Positions 19,943-30,692 of a stretch of 64,000 bases of DNA are shown piece by piece (position 1 is the stretch's first letter; each line of letters begins with the position of its first letter). The notes under the pieces are model-generated. The model made no database searches and was not told the DNA's origin. It saw only the letters and a program-made list of their open reading frames with translations. The stretch is from a virus. Lineage: Duplodnaviria; Caudoviricetes. Position numbers and translations under genes: made by a program. The stretch spans positions 686 through 64,685 of the IMG/VR virus record IMGVR_UViG_3300025769_000104, one strand, 5' to 3'.

Positions 19943-22900
19943 TTATTTATTTTCTATTAATTGTTTTAATTCTTTAATTGCTTGGATTAATACTGCTACT
20001 AATTTTTCATATCTAACAGCTTTATATCCATTATCTCTAGTAGCTACTATTTCTGGGAATAGTGCTTCTACTTCTTGTGCTATTACTCCAATATCAGCTC
20101 CTTCATTTTCATGGATTCCATCTTTAGCAATCCAATCAAAGTGGATACCATTTAATTGTGTAATTTTATCTAAAGCGTTTTCAATTGTTCTTCTATTATC
20201 TTTTAATCTAATATCTGAAGAATAGTATGCAATTACATCATTAGTAGCTCTTAAGAGACCTGTTGTACCTGGTGCTGCTGTTCCTAAACCTAATGAGTTT
20301 AATTGAACGTTAGATGAAGTACTATATTGTGTACCTGTTGTACCTTGAGGTCCAGTTGGTCCTACGTTTCCTTGAGGTCCTACGTTTCCTTGTGCCCCAG
20401 TAGCACCTTTTACACCTTGTGGTCCAATTGGTCCAACGTTACCTTGGGCACCTGTTGTACCTTGTGGTCCAGTTGGTCCTACAGGTCCTACGTTACCTTG
20501 AGCTCCAACTTCTCCTTTTTGTCCTTTTGGACCTACGTTTCCTTGAGCACCTGTTGTACCTTGTGGTCCAATTGGTCCAACGTTACCTTGGGCACCTGTT
20601 GTACCTTGTGGTCCAGTTGGTCCTACGTTACCTTGAGCACCTTTAACACCTTGAGGACCTACGTTACCTTGGGCTCCAGTAGTACCTTGTGGACCTGTTG
20701 GTCCTACATTTCCTTGAGCTCCTGTTTGTCCTTTTTGTCCTTTAACACCTTGTGGACCAGTTGCTCCTTGTGGACCTACGTTACCTTGAGGACCTATAGC
20801 TCCTGTTGCTCCCTGTGGTCCTGTTGGCCCTACGTTTCCTTGAGCACCTGTTGCACCTTTTTGTCCTTTTACACCTTGTGGTCCAGTTGGTCCTACAGGT
20901 CCTACGGGTCCTACGTTTCCTTGGGCTCCAGTTGTACCTTGTGGTCCAGTTGGTCCTACGTTACCTTGAGCACCTGTTTGTCCTTTTTGTCCTTTTACAC
21001 CTTGTGGTCCAGTTGGTCCTACAGGTCCTACGTTTCCTTGAGCACCTGTGGTACCTTGAGCACCTATGGTACCTTGAGCACCTGTAGGTCCTACATTTCC
21101 TTGGGCTCCAGTAGCACCTTTAACACCTTGAGGACCTACGTTACCTTGGGCTCCAGTAGTACCTTGTGGACCTGTTGGTCCTACATTTCCTTGAGCTCCT
21201 GTTTGTCCTTTTTGTCCTTTAACACCTTGTGGACCAGTTGCACCTGTTGTTCCTTGTGGTCCTATATTACCTTGAGGTCCTGTTCCACCAGTTGCACCTT
21301 GTGAACCAGTATTACCTTGAGGACCTACTGCTCCAGTAGCACCTTTAACACCTTGTGGTCCTGTTGGTCCTACGGGTCCTATAGGTCCTACATTACCTTG
21401 AGCTCCAGTTGCACCTTTTTCTCCAGTTGTTCCTTGTGAACCTACATTACCTTGTGGACCTACATTTCCTTGGGCTCCAGTAGCACCTTTAACACCTTGA
21501 GGACCTACGTTACCTTGGGCTCCAGTAGTACCTTGTGGACCTGTTGGTCCTACATTACCTTGAGGACCAGTTGCTCCAGTATCACCTTTAACACCTTGAG
21601 GTCCAGTTGCACCAGTTGTACCTTGTGAACCAGTAGCACCCTTAGCACCAGTTGCACCTTGTGGCCCAATTGGTCCAGTTGCACCTGTATCACCTTTTTG
21701 TCCTTTATCTCCTCTATCACCTGTAGTAACAAACGAACAGATAACATCTTCATTATTTGTATGAGGGTTAGTATCTGATGAAGCTACAACTGTTACGTTT
21801 AATGTCCACCAACCTGTATTATTTGTTAGATCGGATATAGCAAAAAGAATAAAATTTTCTGGATCTATTCTATTAGGAATATTAATATGTCCTTTTATAG
21901 CTGAAGTAACATTATCTATACTTGTTAAGAAGCTATCAATACTATTTGAATTATCGTCTGTAGAATCTATATAAATTTCAGTAGCTGAACTTTGGGTAAC
22001 ATTATTTAATCTAACCCTTCCAGTTCCAGGATCTGCTGCTGTAGTACCTGTATCAAATGTATAATCAAATGAAGCACCACCAAATGTACCATCTGTACCT
22101 TGAGAACCTATTTCTCCTTTTTGTCCTTTTGTACCTGTTGCACCTTGTGCACCTACATTACCTTGAGGACCTACGTTTCCTTGGGCACCTGTTGCACCTT
22201 TAACACCTTGGGGTCCAACATTACCTTGTGGACCAGTTGCTCCTTGTGTACCATCTGTACCTTGAGTACCAGTTGGTCCTACATTTCCTTGAGGTCCAGT
22301 TGCACCAGTTGCACCTTGTGAACCAGTATCACCTTTAACACCTTGAGGACCTACGTTACCTTGAGGACCTACATTACCTTGAGGACCTGTAGCTCCAGTA
22401 GCACCTTTTTCTCCATCTGTACCTTGTGATCCTGTAGATCCTGTATCACCCTTTGCTCCAATTGCTCCTTGTGGTCCTGTTGGTCCAATTGCACCTTTAT
22501 CTCCTTGTGGTCCTACATTACCTTGTGGACCTACGTTTCCTGTAGTACCTTGAGGTCCAATATTACCTTGTGGGCCAGTTGCACCTGTATCTCCTTTTTC
22601 TCCTTGAGGACCAGTTGTACCCTGTGAACCAGTTGCACCTGTTTCTCCTTTAACACCTTGTGGGCCTACATTACCTTGAGGGCCAGTTGCACCTGTATCT
22701 CCTTTTTCTCCTTGAGGACCAGTTATACCTTGTGGGCCTACATTACCTTGAGGGCCAGTTGCACCTGTATCTCCTTTTTCTCCTTGAGGACCAATTGCAC
22801 CTGTTGTTCCTTGTGAACCTGTATCTCCAGTATCTCCTGTTATACCTTGTGTACCTATATTACCTTGTGGACCTGTAGCACCTTGTGCACCTACATTACC

Positions 22901-24304
22901 TTGTGGACCTGTTGGTCCAATTGCACCTTTATCTCCTTGTGCACCATCTGTACCTTGAGTACCAATTATTCCTTGAGCACCATCTGTTCCTTGTGTACCA
23001 GTTGCACCTGTATCTCCTTTTTGTCCAGTTGCACCTTGTGCTCCAGTTGCACCTTGTGCTCCTAAATCTCCTATAATTTCTATAGCACCAAAAGTTTCAT
23101 CTCCATTTCCTACATTATTCCAACCACTTTTATCTATATGAATAATTCCTAATTCTTTCCAAGTAGTATTATCTGTAAGACTAACAACATAGAAACTGTC
23201 AAAATATTGTTGATTAGCTCTAGCTCTAAATGTAAAAATAGAACCTGTTGGATTGGTTGAATCTACAAGTGTATCTAAAATAGGACCAACTCCTAATCCA
23301 TCTGCATCTGTATTACTGATATAAACTTCAGATGCTGCTGCAGGGTCGGTAGCGTTAAATCTAAAATTACCTGAACCTGGGTCTGCTGATGCTGTAGATG
23401 TGGAATAATTCCAAGCTGCTCCAAATGTAGAAACACCTTCTGTTCCTTGAGTTCCAGTATCTCCTTTTTGTCCAGTTGCACCTTGAGCTCCAGTATCTCC
23501 TTTTTCTCCGTCTGTTCCTTGTGATCCAGTTGCTCCAGTATCTCCTTTGTCACCAGTAGCTCCCTTAATACCATCTGTACCTTGAGAACCAATAGTTCCT
23601 TGTGAACCTACATTACCTTGAGCTCCCGTTTCTCCTTGAACTCCAATATCTCCTTTATCACCTGTTATACCTTGTGAACCAATTTCTCCTTTTTGTCCTT
23701 TTGTACCATCTGTACCTTGAGTACCAGTATCACCTTGTGCACCTGTATCACCTTTATCTCCTGTTATACCTTGTGCACCTGTATCTCCAGTTATGCCTTG
23801 AGCTCCAGTATCACCTTTATCACCTTGTGCACCAGTATCTCCTTTATCACCTGTGTCACCTTTATCACCAGTTACACCTTGAGCTCCTGTAGTACCTTGT
23901 AAACTTAAGTCTGTTCTATATGTAACATATCCATTTGTATCAGATACTAATACTCTAGTTTGTGTACTTCCTTCTTGAATATTTGATATAGTTAAATTAC
24001 CTCCTATAAGTGTTCTTGAAGCTTCAATATTACTAGCTGAAACTAAACTTTGATCAGTTAATGATAAGTCATGACCAATAAATCCTCCAGCAACTTCTAG
24101 TTGTCCTTCAGGATACCATCTAATTTTGTCTTGATCATCAACCCATAAAGAAGATGAAGTACTCCCTGAGGAAACAAATGGGATCGAGTACGATAAGTTT
24201 GGTACTGATCCTGATCCTGTGGGAACTACATTATATGATTCTGCTGATAAATTTGCTAATTCAGCATCACTACCCGAAACAATTACTTTTTTCCAATTAG
24301 GCAT
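19943..24304 (-). CDS. Collagen-like fibre with C-terminal peptidase S74 intramolecular chaperone
   Basis: Three long Gly-X-Y tracts, two globular inserts, YYSSDIRLK...GVIAQEVE...VRYEKL. Confidence 0.9.
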   Translation of the reverse strand: MPNWKKVIVSGSDAELANLSAESYNVVPTGSGSVPNLSYSIPFVSSGSTSSSLWVDDQDKIRWYPEGQLEVAGGFIGHDLSLTDQSLVSASNIEASRTLIGGNLTISNIQEGSTQTRVLVSDTNGYVTYRTDLSLQGTTGAQGVTGDKGDTGDKGDTGAQGDKGDTGAQGITGDTGAQGITGDKGDTGAQGDTGTQGTDGTKGQKGEIGSQGITGDKGDIGVQGETGAQGNVGSQGTIGSQGTDGIKGATGDKGDTGATGSQGTDGEKGDTGAQGATGQKGDTGTQGTEGVSTFGAAWNYSTSTASADPGSGNFRFNATDPAAASEVYISNTDADGLGVGPILDTLVDSTNPTGSIFTFRARANQQYFDSFYVVSLTDNTTWKELGIIHIDKSGWNNVGNGDETFGAIEIIGDLGAQGATGAQGATGQKGDTGATGTQGTDGAQGIIGTQGTDGAQGDKGAIGPTGPQGNVGAQGATGPQGNIGTQGITGDTGDTGSQGTTGAIGPQGEKGDTGATGPQGNVGPQGITGPQGEKGDTGATGPQGNVGPQGVKGETGATGSQGTTGPQGEKGDTGATGPQGNIGPQGTTGNVGPQGNVGPQGDKGAIGPTGPQGAIGAKGDTGSTGSQGTDGEKGATGATGPQGNVGPQGNVGPQGVKGDTGSQGATGATGPQGNVGPTGTQGTDGTQGATGPQGNVGPQGVKGATGAQGNVGPQGNVGAQGATGTKGQKGEIGSQGTDGTFGGASFDYTFDTGTTAADPGTGRVRLNNVTQSSATEIYIDSTDDNSNSIDSFLTSIDNVTSAIKGHINIPNRIDPENFILFAISDLTNNTGWWTLNVTVVASSDTNPHTNNEDVICSFVTTGDRGDKGQKGDTGATGPIGPQGATGAKGATGSQGTTGATGPQGVKGDTGATGPQGNVGPTGPQGTTGAQGNVGPQGVKGATGAQGNVGPQGNVGSQGTTGEKGATGAQGNVGPIGPVGPTGPQGVKGATGAVGPQGNTGSQGATGGTGPQGNIGPQGTTGATGPQGVKGQKGQTGAQGNVGPTGPQGTTGAQGNVGPQGVKGATGAQGNVGPTGAQGTIGAQGTTGAQGNVGPVGPTGPQGVKGQKGQTGAQGNVGPTGPQGTTGAQGNVGPVGPVGPTGPQGVKGQKGATGAQGNVGPTGPQGATGAIGPQGNVGPQGATGPQGVKGQKGQTGAQGNVGPTGPQGTTGAQGNVGPQGVKGAQGNVGPTGPQGTTGAQGNVGPIGPQGTTGAQGNVGPKGQKGEVGAQGNVGPVGPTGPQGTTGAQGNVGPIGPQGVKGATGAQGNVGPQGNVGPTGPQGTTGTQYSTSSNVQLNSLGLGTAAPGTTGLLRATNDVIAYYSSDIRLKDNRRTIENALDKITQLNGIHFDWIAKDGIHENEGADIGVIAQEVEALFPEIVATRDNGYKAVRYEKLVAVLIQAIKELKQLIENK

Positions 24305-24316
24305 AGTACTTAAGTT

Positions 24317-24366
24317 TATTATGGTTGGTTACACATTGTGCCCACTTCCGTTAACGGCCAATAATA
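24317..24366 (-). ncRNA. Candidate structured 5' leader RNA
   Basis: GC-rich island with nested stems between the late motif and the fibre ATG. Confidence 0.45.
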
Positions 24367-24369
24367 TAG

Positions 24370-24379
24370 TTATAAATAT
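24370..24379 (-). promoter_or_regulatory. Putative late promoter ATATTTATAA
   Basis: Recurrent intergenic motif; this copy precedes the structured leader. Confidence 0.65.
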
Positions 24380-24419
24380 GAAAATAATTTCTTTAGTTAA
24401 AGAAATCAAACAATTTTAA

Positions 24420-25034
24420 TTAAGTAGGGCAAGAAACAGAAAATAAATCCCAAGCAGTACCCCCATTAGGACCATCTATAATAATAGTAAAAGTAGTTGG
24501 TAATTCTGTATTTTTATAAAAACATAAATCTACATTACCATCAGTTGAATAAGAATTAGCTGCTGGGATATTTGGTAAAACACCTATTTGATTACCATGA
24601 TTTCCTGTTGGAGTACCATTTCCTCTAGTATTTGATAAATTATAAGGAGGAAAATCTTGATCTGAATAACTTACTGCTTCACTGTTACCTTGTATAAAAG
24701 TTTGTTGTTGATTATCAAAATCATATCGAGTTAAAGAAGTAACATTTGAAATAGAGGCTGTATAACTATCATAATTTGCTTTAGATGCTAAACCATCTCC
24801 TACAAATAAAGAATCAGCTACTGTAGAACCACTCCATACTAATCTAAATCTATCAGGTACATTTTGAGCATTAAAAGAAGCAGTAACAGGACCAATTGCA
24901 TTTCCTAAAACAATAGCTTCAGCATAATATATACCTGCTCCTCCACCAAAAGAAATACTTCCAGCATTGCAAGGAATTAATGCAGGTGGATATAAAGAAC
25001 GCTGCATTACCCTAAAGAAATTGATATTACTCAT
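24420..25034 (-). CDS. Putative virion beta-sandwich protein
   Basis: FNAQNVPDRF...GTAWDLFSVSCP; lies between fibre genes. Confidence 0.5.
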   Translation of the reverse strand: MSNINFFRVMQRSLYPPALIPCNAGSISFGGGAGIYYAEAIVLGNAIGPVTASFNAQNVPDRFRLVWSGSTVADSLFVGDGLASKANYDSYTASISNVTSLTRYDFDNQQQTFIQGNSEAVSYSDQDFPPYNLSNTRGNGTPTGNHGNQIGVLPNIPAANSYSTDGNVDLCFYKNTELPTTFTIIIDGPNGGTAWDLFSVSCPT

Positions 25035-28000
25035 TTTTTAAACTGTCGATTTGTTTTTGTTGTTCCTTAATTGCTTCAATTAATAAAGGAATTATTTTTT
25101 CATACCTGACAGCTTTGAATCCACTTTCTCTTGTTGTTACAACTTCAGGTAATACCTTTTCTATTTCTTGTGCAATAACCCCTACATCATGGCCTTCATT
25201 ACCATGTAAATATACTTTTTCTTCTTCAGTTAATGGTTTCCAATCAAATTCTACACCATTAATTTTCATTACTTTATCTAAAGAACCTGCTATAGGTGTA
25301 ATATTATCTTTAAAGTTTATATCTGAGGTAGAATATGCTACAACATCATTTGTAAAATCACCTCTACCTACTGTAGTTGATAAAGAAGCAGTTTGCCCAA
25401 CTGTTAATGAACCAGTAAATATTGTATCTCTATTTGCTGTAAAGGTAGTATCTGAGAATGTAAAATCTGCAGATCCTGTAATGCCTCCATTTCCTCCTAA
25501 TACTCCAATTCTAGTATCTCCATCACCACTAATTAAAGCACCTCCTGTAGGTCCTGTATCACCTTTATCTCCAGTTGTACCTTGAGTTCCATCCGTACCC
25601 TGGGCTCCATCTGTACCTTGTGTTCCTGTTCCATCTGTACCTTGTGCACCGTCTGCTCCTTGAACACCTAAACCTGCACTACCTTGTGCACCTTTTTCAC
25701 CATCTGTACCTTGAGTACCTGTACCAGTAGCACCTTGTGCACCTTTTTCACCAGCTGCACCTTGAACAGTTAGACCAGCTGCACCTTGAGCCCCTTTTGA
25801 TCCATCAGCTCCATCAGCATATAATTGTACTTGAACACTTTCTCCATTACTAAAGGTTCCATCAACCTCAATACTTAAAGCTCCAAAAGTAAATAAAGCT
25901 CTAGTAGCATTAATTGTATTAAGTGAAGCATCGCTAATTGTAATAACATCTGAGTCACCTCCAAATATTAAAAATCTATTTACACTTGCAAATATATTAT
26001 TATGGCCAAAACCATCATAATCTGTTAATGCTATAGACATTGAAGTAGCAGATGCAATGGTAGTATTATTAAATCTTACTTGACCTTGAGAACCGCCCAT
26101 ATCTGTACTAGTACTATATTGATAGGTTAATCCGGCTTGTTCTCCTTGATCACCTTTAGCACCAGTTGTACCTTGAGGAGCAGCAGCACCTCCTGTACCT
26201 TGGGAACCAATAAATCCTTTATCACCTTGTGCACCAGGGCCACCTTTTTCTCCTGCTCCTCCTTTATCACCTTGTGTTCCTTGAGTACCAACAAGACCTT
26301 TAGGACCTGTAGTACCTTGAGCTCCTGTAGCACCTTGTGCACCAGTATCACTTGAATCTCCGTATCCTAAACTCCAATAATAGTTAGTACCATCATAATA
26401 AACACCTAATAAATCTTTAGATCCTGCAGCTGCTGAAGCAGTATATGGAACACCTGATCCTATGAATACTGAATCTCCACCTAAATTAACATTTAATTTT
26501 CTTCCTCCTGTTGCGTCTTGTTTAACAATTAAAACACCAGTATCGCCCGTTGTCCATCCATCTACTGCTAATGTTCTATCCCCTCCTAATGTAACTGAAG
26601 CATTAGAACCACTAGTTATATTCCAAGTAATAGTAGCACCATCAGTTAGGGTTTGCTGATCAATCTGCATGTTACCTTGAAGGTGAAGAGTACCAGAAGT
26701 ACCTTGTGTGTTGCTTTCTATAAAAGTTAAACCTGTTCCTCCATCAAGTACCCCTGAGCTATTATATTGGATAGAAGTATTTGATCCGCCAGGTGTTGAA
26801 CCTCCTCCACCACCGTAAGAACCAGTATAATAAAATCTACCATCATCAGGATCCCATACTACTACATTAGAGTTTCCAATTCCTTGTTGTAAATCTATTT
26901 GTGTAGCAGATAAAGAACCAGAAATTCTTACACTACCTGAGATATCAAAATTACCCTTAGATGCACTTGTAATTAATGTGATATTACCTGTATCTGGTTT
27001 ATAATTTAAACTTCCTACACTGTTCCCAACGCCCCCTGCTTTATAATCTACTAAATGAAAAATATTAGCATTATTACTTCCAGAAATATTACTATTAAAT
27101 TCAAGAGACATTGCATGAAATATCCCACTAGTAAAGTTATTTCCACCAATTTTTACTGCTGATAATGAAGTATAATTAGAAGGAACACTTTTAACAACAA
27201 AAGCACTATAAATACCTGAGCTTCCAGTTACAATAAAACTACCTGAAGTTAAAATTGCATAATTACCATCATAAGTAAATTTAGCAGAACCAGATATTGC
27301 ACTAGTTCCTGTAGCTGTTAAAATATTATTATCAATATTACCTTGAATTAAAGCAGCATCTACACCTGTAGTACCTTGAGCTCCTTGTTCCCCTTTTTGT
27401 CCAGGTCCTCCTTTATCACCTGCAGTACCTTGTGCACCATCACCACCTTTTTCTCCTGCTCCTCCTTTAGCTCCTGCTGTTCCTTGGGCACCATCAGTTC
27501 CTTGTGCTCCTGTTTCTCCTTTTTCTCCAGCAGTTCCTTGTGCTCCATCTGTACCTTGGGCACCATCAGTTCCTTGTGCTCCATCTGTACCTTGGGCACC
27601 ATCAGTTCCTTGTGCTCCATCTGTACCTTGAGTACCATCAGTTCCTTGTGCTCCAATAGTACCTTTTTCTCCAGCAGTACCTTTTTCTCCAACTGTACCT
27701 TGAGCACCATCAGTTCCTTGTGCACCTGTAGCACCTTTATCTCCTACACCCCCAGGTTCACCTTTTGTACCTGTAGTACCTTGTGAACCTCTATCACCTA
27801 CTGTTGAAAATGATACTATAACGTCTTCGTTATTTGAAAATGGTGATCCTGATGGTCCTGAGTTTGTAATATCTATAGTCCACCAACCATTATTATTTGT
27901 TAAATCTGATATAGCGAATAACAAAAATTGAGAAGAATCTAATCTATTAGCTATTCTCATGTATCCTTTAACAGCAGAAGTTACTGCATCAATACTTTGT

Positions 28001-30219
28001 AAAAAGGAATCTATATTATTACTATCATCATCATTACGAGAAATATAAGCGTCAGTAGCTGATGATTGTGGTGGTACACCACCTGATACATCTAATCTTA
28101 CTTTACCTGTACCTGGGTCAGTAGATGATGTTGATATGTCGTAAGTATAATCAAAAGTAGCTCCACCAAAGTTACCATCAGCACCTTGGGTTCCTGTATC
28201 TCCTTTATCTCCAGTTATACCTTGGGCTCCTTTTACACCATCTATACCTTGTGCCCCATCTGTTCCTTGTGTTCCATCTGTTCCTTGAGTTCCATCCGTA
28301 CCTTGGATTCCATCTGTTCCTTGAGTTCCATCTGTACCTTGTGTCCCATCTGTTCCTTGTGCTCCTTTATCACCTTGAGCACCTTTATCTCCATCTGTTC
28401 CTTGAGTTCCATCTGTTCCTTGAGTTCCATCTGTTCCTTGAGTTCCATCTGTACCTTGTGTCCCATCTGTTCCTTGTGCTCCTTTATCACCTATAGTACC
28501 TTGTGAACCATCATCACCTTTATCTCCAGTTATACCTTGTGAACCTCGGTCTCCTTTAACTCCAATATCTCCTTTATCACCTTGATCCCCTGTAATGCCT
28601 TGAGCGCCTTGTGCACCTTTTTCTCCACCCGCACCTTGAGTACCATCTGCACCTTGGGTACCATTTACACCTTGTGGACCTATAGTACCTTGTGAACCTT
28701 GTTCTCCTTTATCACCTATAGTGCCTTGAGCACCTATTTCTCCTTTTTGTCCTTTTTCACCAATTTCACCTTTTTCACCTTTAATACCAATAGCACCTTG
28801 GACACCTACCCCACCTTTTTCTCCTTGTTCTCCTTTTTCTCCATCTGTTCCCTGTGTGCCATCTGTTCCTTGAGTACCTATTGTTCCTTGAGAACCATCA
28901 CTACCTTTATCTCCTTGGGTACCTTGTGATCCATCAACTCCTTGAGGACCTCCTGCACCTTGGGCTCCTGTAGTACCTTGTGTACCTATGTTGCCTTTTT
29001 CACCAGTTATACCTTGTGATCCATTATTTCCTTTAGCACCATTTTCACCTTTTTCTCCTTTACTACCTGCAGTACCTTGTGTACCATCTGTACCTTGGGT
29101 ACCATCCGTACCCTGTGAACCTGTATCACCTTTATCTCCAGTTGTACCTTGAGTTCCATCCGTACCTTGAGTTCCATCCGTACCTTGTGAACCTATTGTT
29201 CCTTGTGAACCTATTTCTCCTTTATCACCTATTGTACCTTGAGTACCAATTTCTCCTTTTTGTCCTTTATCACCTTGAGCTCCTTTGTCCCCATCTGTTC
29301 CTTGTGAACCAGTACCACCTTTATCACCAATAGTACCTTGTGTACCATCTGTTCCTTGGGTACCATTAGTACCTTGAGCGCCTACTTCACCTTTTTGACC
29401 TTTATCTCCTCTATCACCTACTGTTGTAAATGATACTAAAATATCTTCTTGATCTGAAAAAGGTGTTGCTGAAGAACTAGCTTGGATTCCTATATCTAAA
29501 GTCCACCATCCAGTATTATCTGTTAAATCAGTAATTTCAAATAGTAAAAATTGAGTAGAATCTAATTTATTAGAAATTCTAACATGACCTTTAATTGCTG
29601 ATGTTACCGCATCAATCGATTGCATAAATGAATCAATTGAATTGGCATTATCATCTGTAGAATCTATATATGATGCAATTGAATTTGCTTGGGTAGTATT
29701 AGCTAATCCTAAATATCCTGTACCGGAATCTACAGCTGCTGTTGAAGAAGTAAATGTATAATCAAATGAAGCACCACCAAAAGAACCTTCAGTACCTTGA
29801 GAACCAGTTTCACCTTTAACACCATCTGTACCTTGAGAACCTACTTCTCCCTTTTGTCCTTTTTCACCTATAGGACCTATATCTCCTTTATCTCCTTTAT
29901 CTCCTACAGGACCAGCACCACCAGTAGTACCTTGTGGACCTAAATCTCCGATAGTACCTTGAGCTCCTCCTGTACCTTGAGCTCCCGTTTCTCCTTTTAC
30001 ACCTGTAATACCTTGGGAACCATCTACACCTTGTGGACCATCTGCACCTTGTGGACCATCTGCACCTTGTGCACCAGCGGGTATACCAGTTAATCCACTT
30101 CCATCACCTTCAAATGAACCTGAAAAAGATCCACTAAATTGTGATGCTGAAATAATAGATGCTGATATATTATAATTATCATCATGCCCATCTAGGACTA
30201 TTTTTTTCCACTGTGCCAT
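25027..30219 (-). CDS. Collagen-like fibre with peptidase S74 chaperone
   Basis: Multiple Gly-X-Y tracts (GTQGTD, GDK/GEK), repeated globular domain, YSTSDINFK...GVIAQEIE. Confidence 0.9.
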   Translation of the reverse strand: MAQWKKIVLDGHDDNYNISASIISASQFSGSFSGSFEGDGSGLTGIPAGAQGADGPQGADGPQGVDGSQGITGVKGETGAQGTGGAQGTIGDLGPQGTTGGAGPVGDKGDKGDIGPIGEKGQKGEVGSQGTDGVKGETGSQGTEGSFGGASFDYTFTSSTAAVDSGTGYLGLANTTQANSIASYIDSTDDNANSIDSFMQSIDAVTSAIKGHVRISNKLDSTQFLLFEITDLTDNTGWWTLDIGIQASSSATPFSDQEDILVSFTTVGDRGDKGQKGEVGAQGTNGTQGTDGTQGTIGDKGGTGSQGTDGDKGAQGDKGQKGEIGTQGTIGDKGEIGSQGTIGSQGTDGTQGTDGTQGTTGDKGDTGSQGTDGTQGTDGTQGTAGSKGEKGENGAKGNNGSQGITGEKGNIGTQGTTGAQGAGGPQGVDGSQGTQGDKGSDGSQGTIGTQGTDGTQGTDGEKGEQGEKGGVGVQGAIGIKGEKGEIGEKGQKGEIGAQGTIGDKGEQGSQGTIGPQGVNGTQGADGTQGAGGEKGAQGAQGITGDQGDKGDIGVKGDRGSQGITGDKGDDGSQGTIGDKGAQGTDGTQGTDGTQGTDGTQGTDGTQGTDGDKGAQGDKGAQGTDGTQGTDGTQGTDGIQGTDGTQGTDGTQGTDGAQGIDGVKGAQGITGDKGDTGTQGADGNFGGATFDYTYDISTSSTDPGTGKVRLDVSGGVPPQSSATDAYISRNDDDSNNIDSFLQSIDAVTSAVKGYMRIANRLDSSQFLLFAISDLTNNNGWWTIDITNSGPSGSPFSNNEDVIVSFSTVGDRGSQGTTGTKGEPGGVGDKGATGAQGTDGAQGTVGEKGTAGEKGTIGAQGTDGTQGTDGAQGTDGAQGTDGAQGTDGAQGTDGAQGTAGEKGETGAQGTDGAQGTAGAKGGAGEKGGDGAQGTAGDKGGPGQKGEQGAQGTTGVDAALIQGNIDNNILTATGTSAISGSAKFTYDGNYAILTSGSFIVTGSSGIYSAFVVKSVPSNYTSLSAVKIGGNNFTSGIFHAMSLEFNSNISGSNNANIFHLVDYKAGGVGNSVGSLNYKPDTGNITLITSASKGNFDISGSVRISGSLSATQIDLQQGIGNSNVVVWDPDDGRFYYTGSYGGGGGSTPGGSNTSIQYNSSGVLDGGTGLTFIESNTQGTSGTLHLQGNMQIDQQTLTDGATITWNITSGSNASVTLGGDRTLAVDGWTTGDTGVLIVKQDATGGRKLNVNLGGDSVFIGSGVPYTASAAAGSKDLLGVYYDGTNYYWSLGYGDSSDTGAQGATGAQGTTGPKGLVGTQGTQGDKGGAGEKGGPGAQGDKGFIGSQGTGGAAAPQGTTGAKGDQGEQAGLTYQYSTSTDMGGSQGQVRFNNTTIASATSMSIALTDYDGFGHNNIFASVNRFLIFGGDSDVITISDASLNTINATRALFTFGALSIEVDGTFSNGESVQVQLYADGADGSKGAQGAAGLTVQGAAGEKGAQGATGTGTQGTDGEKGAQGSAGLGVQGADGAQGTDGTGTQGTDGAQGTDGTQGTTGDKGDTGPTGGALISGDGDTRIGVLGGNGGITGSADFTFSDTTFTANRDTIFTGSLTVGQTASLSTTVGRGDFTNDVVAYSTSDINFKDNITPIAGSLDKVMKINGVEFDWKPLTEEEKVYLHGNEGHDVGVIAQEIEKVLPEVVTTRESGFKAVRYEKIIPLLIEAIKEQQKQIDSLKNE
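28242..28490. repeat. Imperfect 18-bp tandem repeat encoding GTQGTD
   Basis: Repeated ccatctgttccttgagtt units; similar arrays near 27480-27660 and 29080-29200. Confidence 0.8.
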
Positions 30220-30243
30220 ATTAAGTTATATGGTTATAAATAT

Positions 30244-30453
30244 TTATTCTTCATTCTTAGGTGAAGAGATATCTTTTTCTATTTGTTTTGAAATTTCGCG
30301 ATCTTCTATTTGTTTAATTTCTTCATTTAGTTTAATTTGTAAGGTGCCTATAAAAAGAGCATCTACACCCCCTATTTGAATAAAATCAAGGCCTCTTCTT
30401 AAAGCTTTTACTTCTCTTAAAGATAACCCTTCAATAGAATATAACTCATCCAT
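30244..30453 (-). CDS. Small hypothetical protein, possible fibre chaperone
   Basis: 69 aa in the fibre cluster. Confidence 0.5.
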   Translation of the reverse strand: MDELYSIEGLSLREVKALRRGLDFIQIGGVDALFIGTLQIKLNEEIKQIEDREISKQIEKDISSPKNEE

Positions 30454-30464
30454 AATATATTTTT

Positions 30465-30668
30465 TTATTTAGTAGAATTTAAATATAACTGTTGAAGTTT
30501 CAAAGTAACATTAAATAATATTTCTACTTCTTTTCCTTCAAATTTATGATCATGTATTATTTTTAATAAAAACATGATTTCTTCCGAAGATAAAGAAGGC
30601 AAACCCTTAGGGTTTGCCTCTTTTTTTATCTCATCTTGAATTAATATTTGACCAGCTTTAAAACCCAT
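30465..30668 (-). CDS. Small hypothetical protein, possible fibre chaperone
   Basis: 67 aa; late-motif variant upstream. Confidence 0.5.
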   Translation of the reverse strand: MGFKAGQILIQDEIKKEANPKGLPSLSSEEIMFLLKIIHDHKFEGKEVEILFNVTLKLQQLYLNSTK

Positions 30669-30692
30669 TGAATTTATCTTTTATGATAAATA

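Noticed and set aside
27480-28490. CRISPR-like periodic repeats
   Set aside because: In-frame coding repeats without unique spacers; no cas operon
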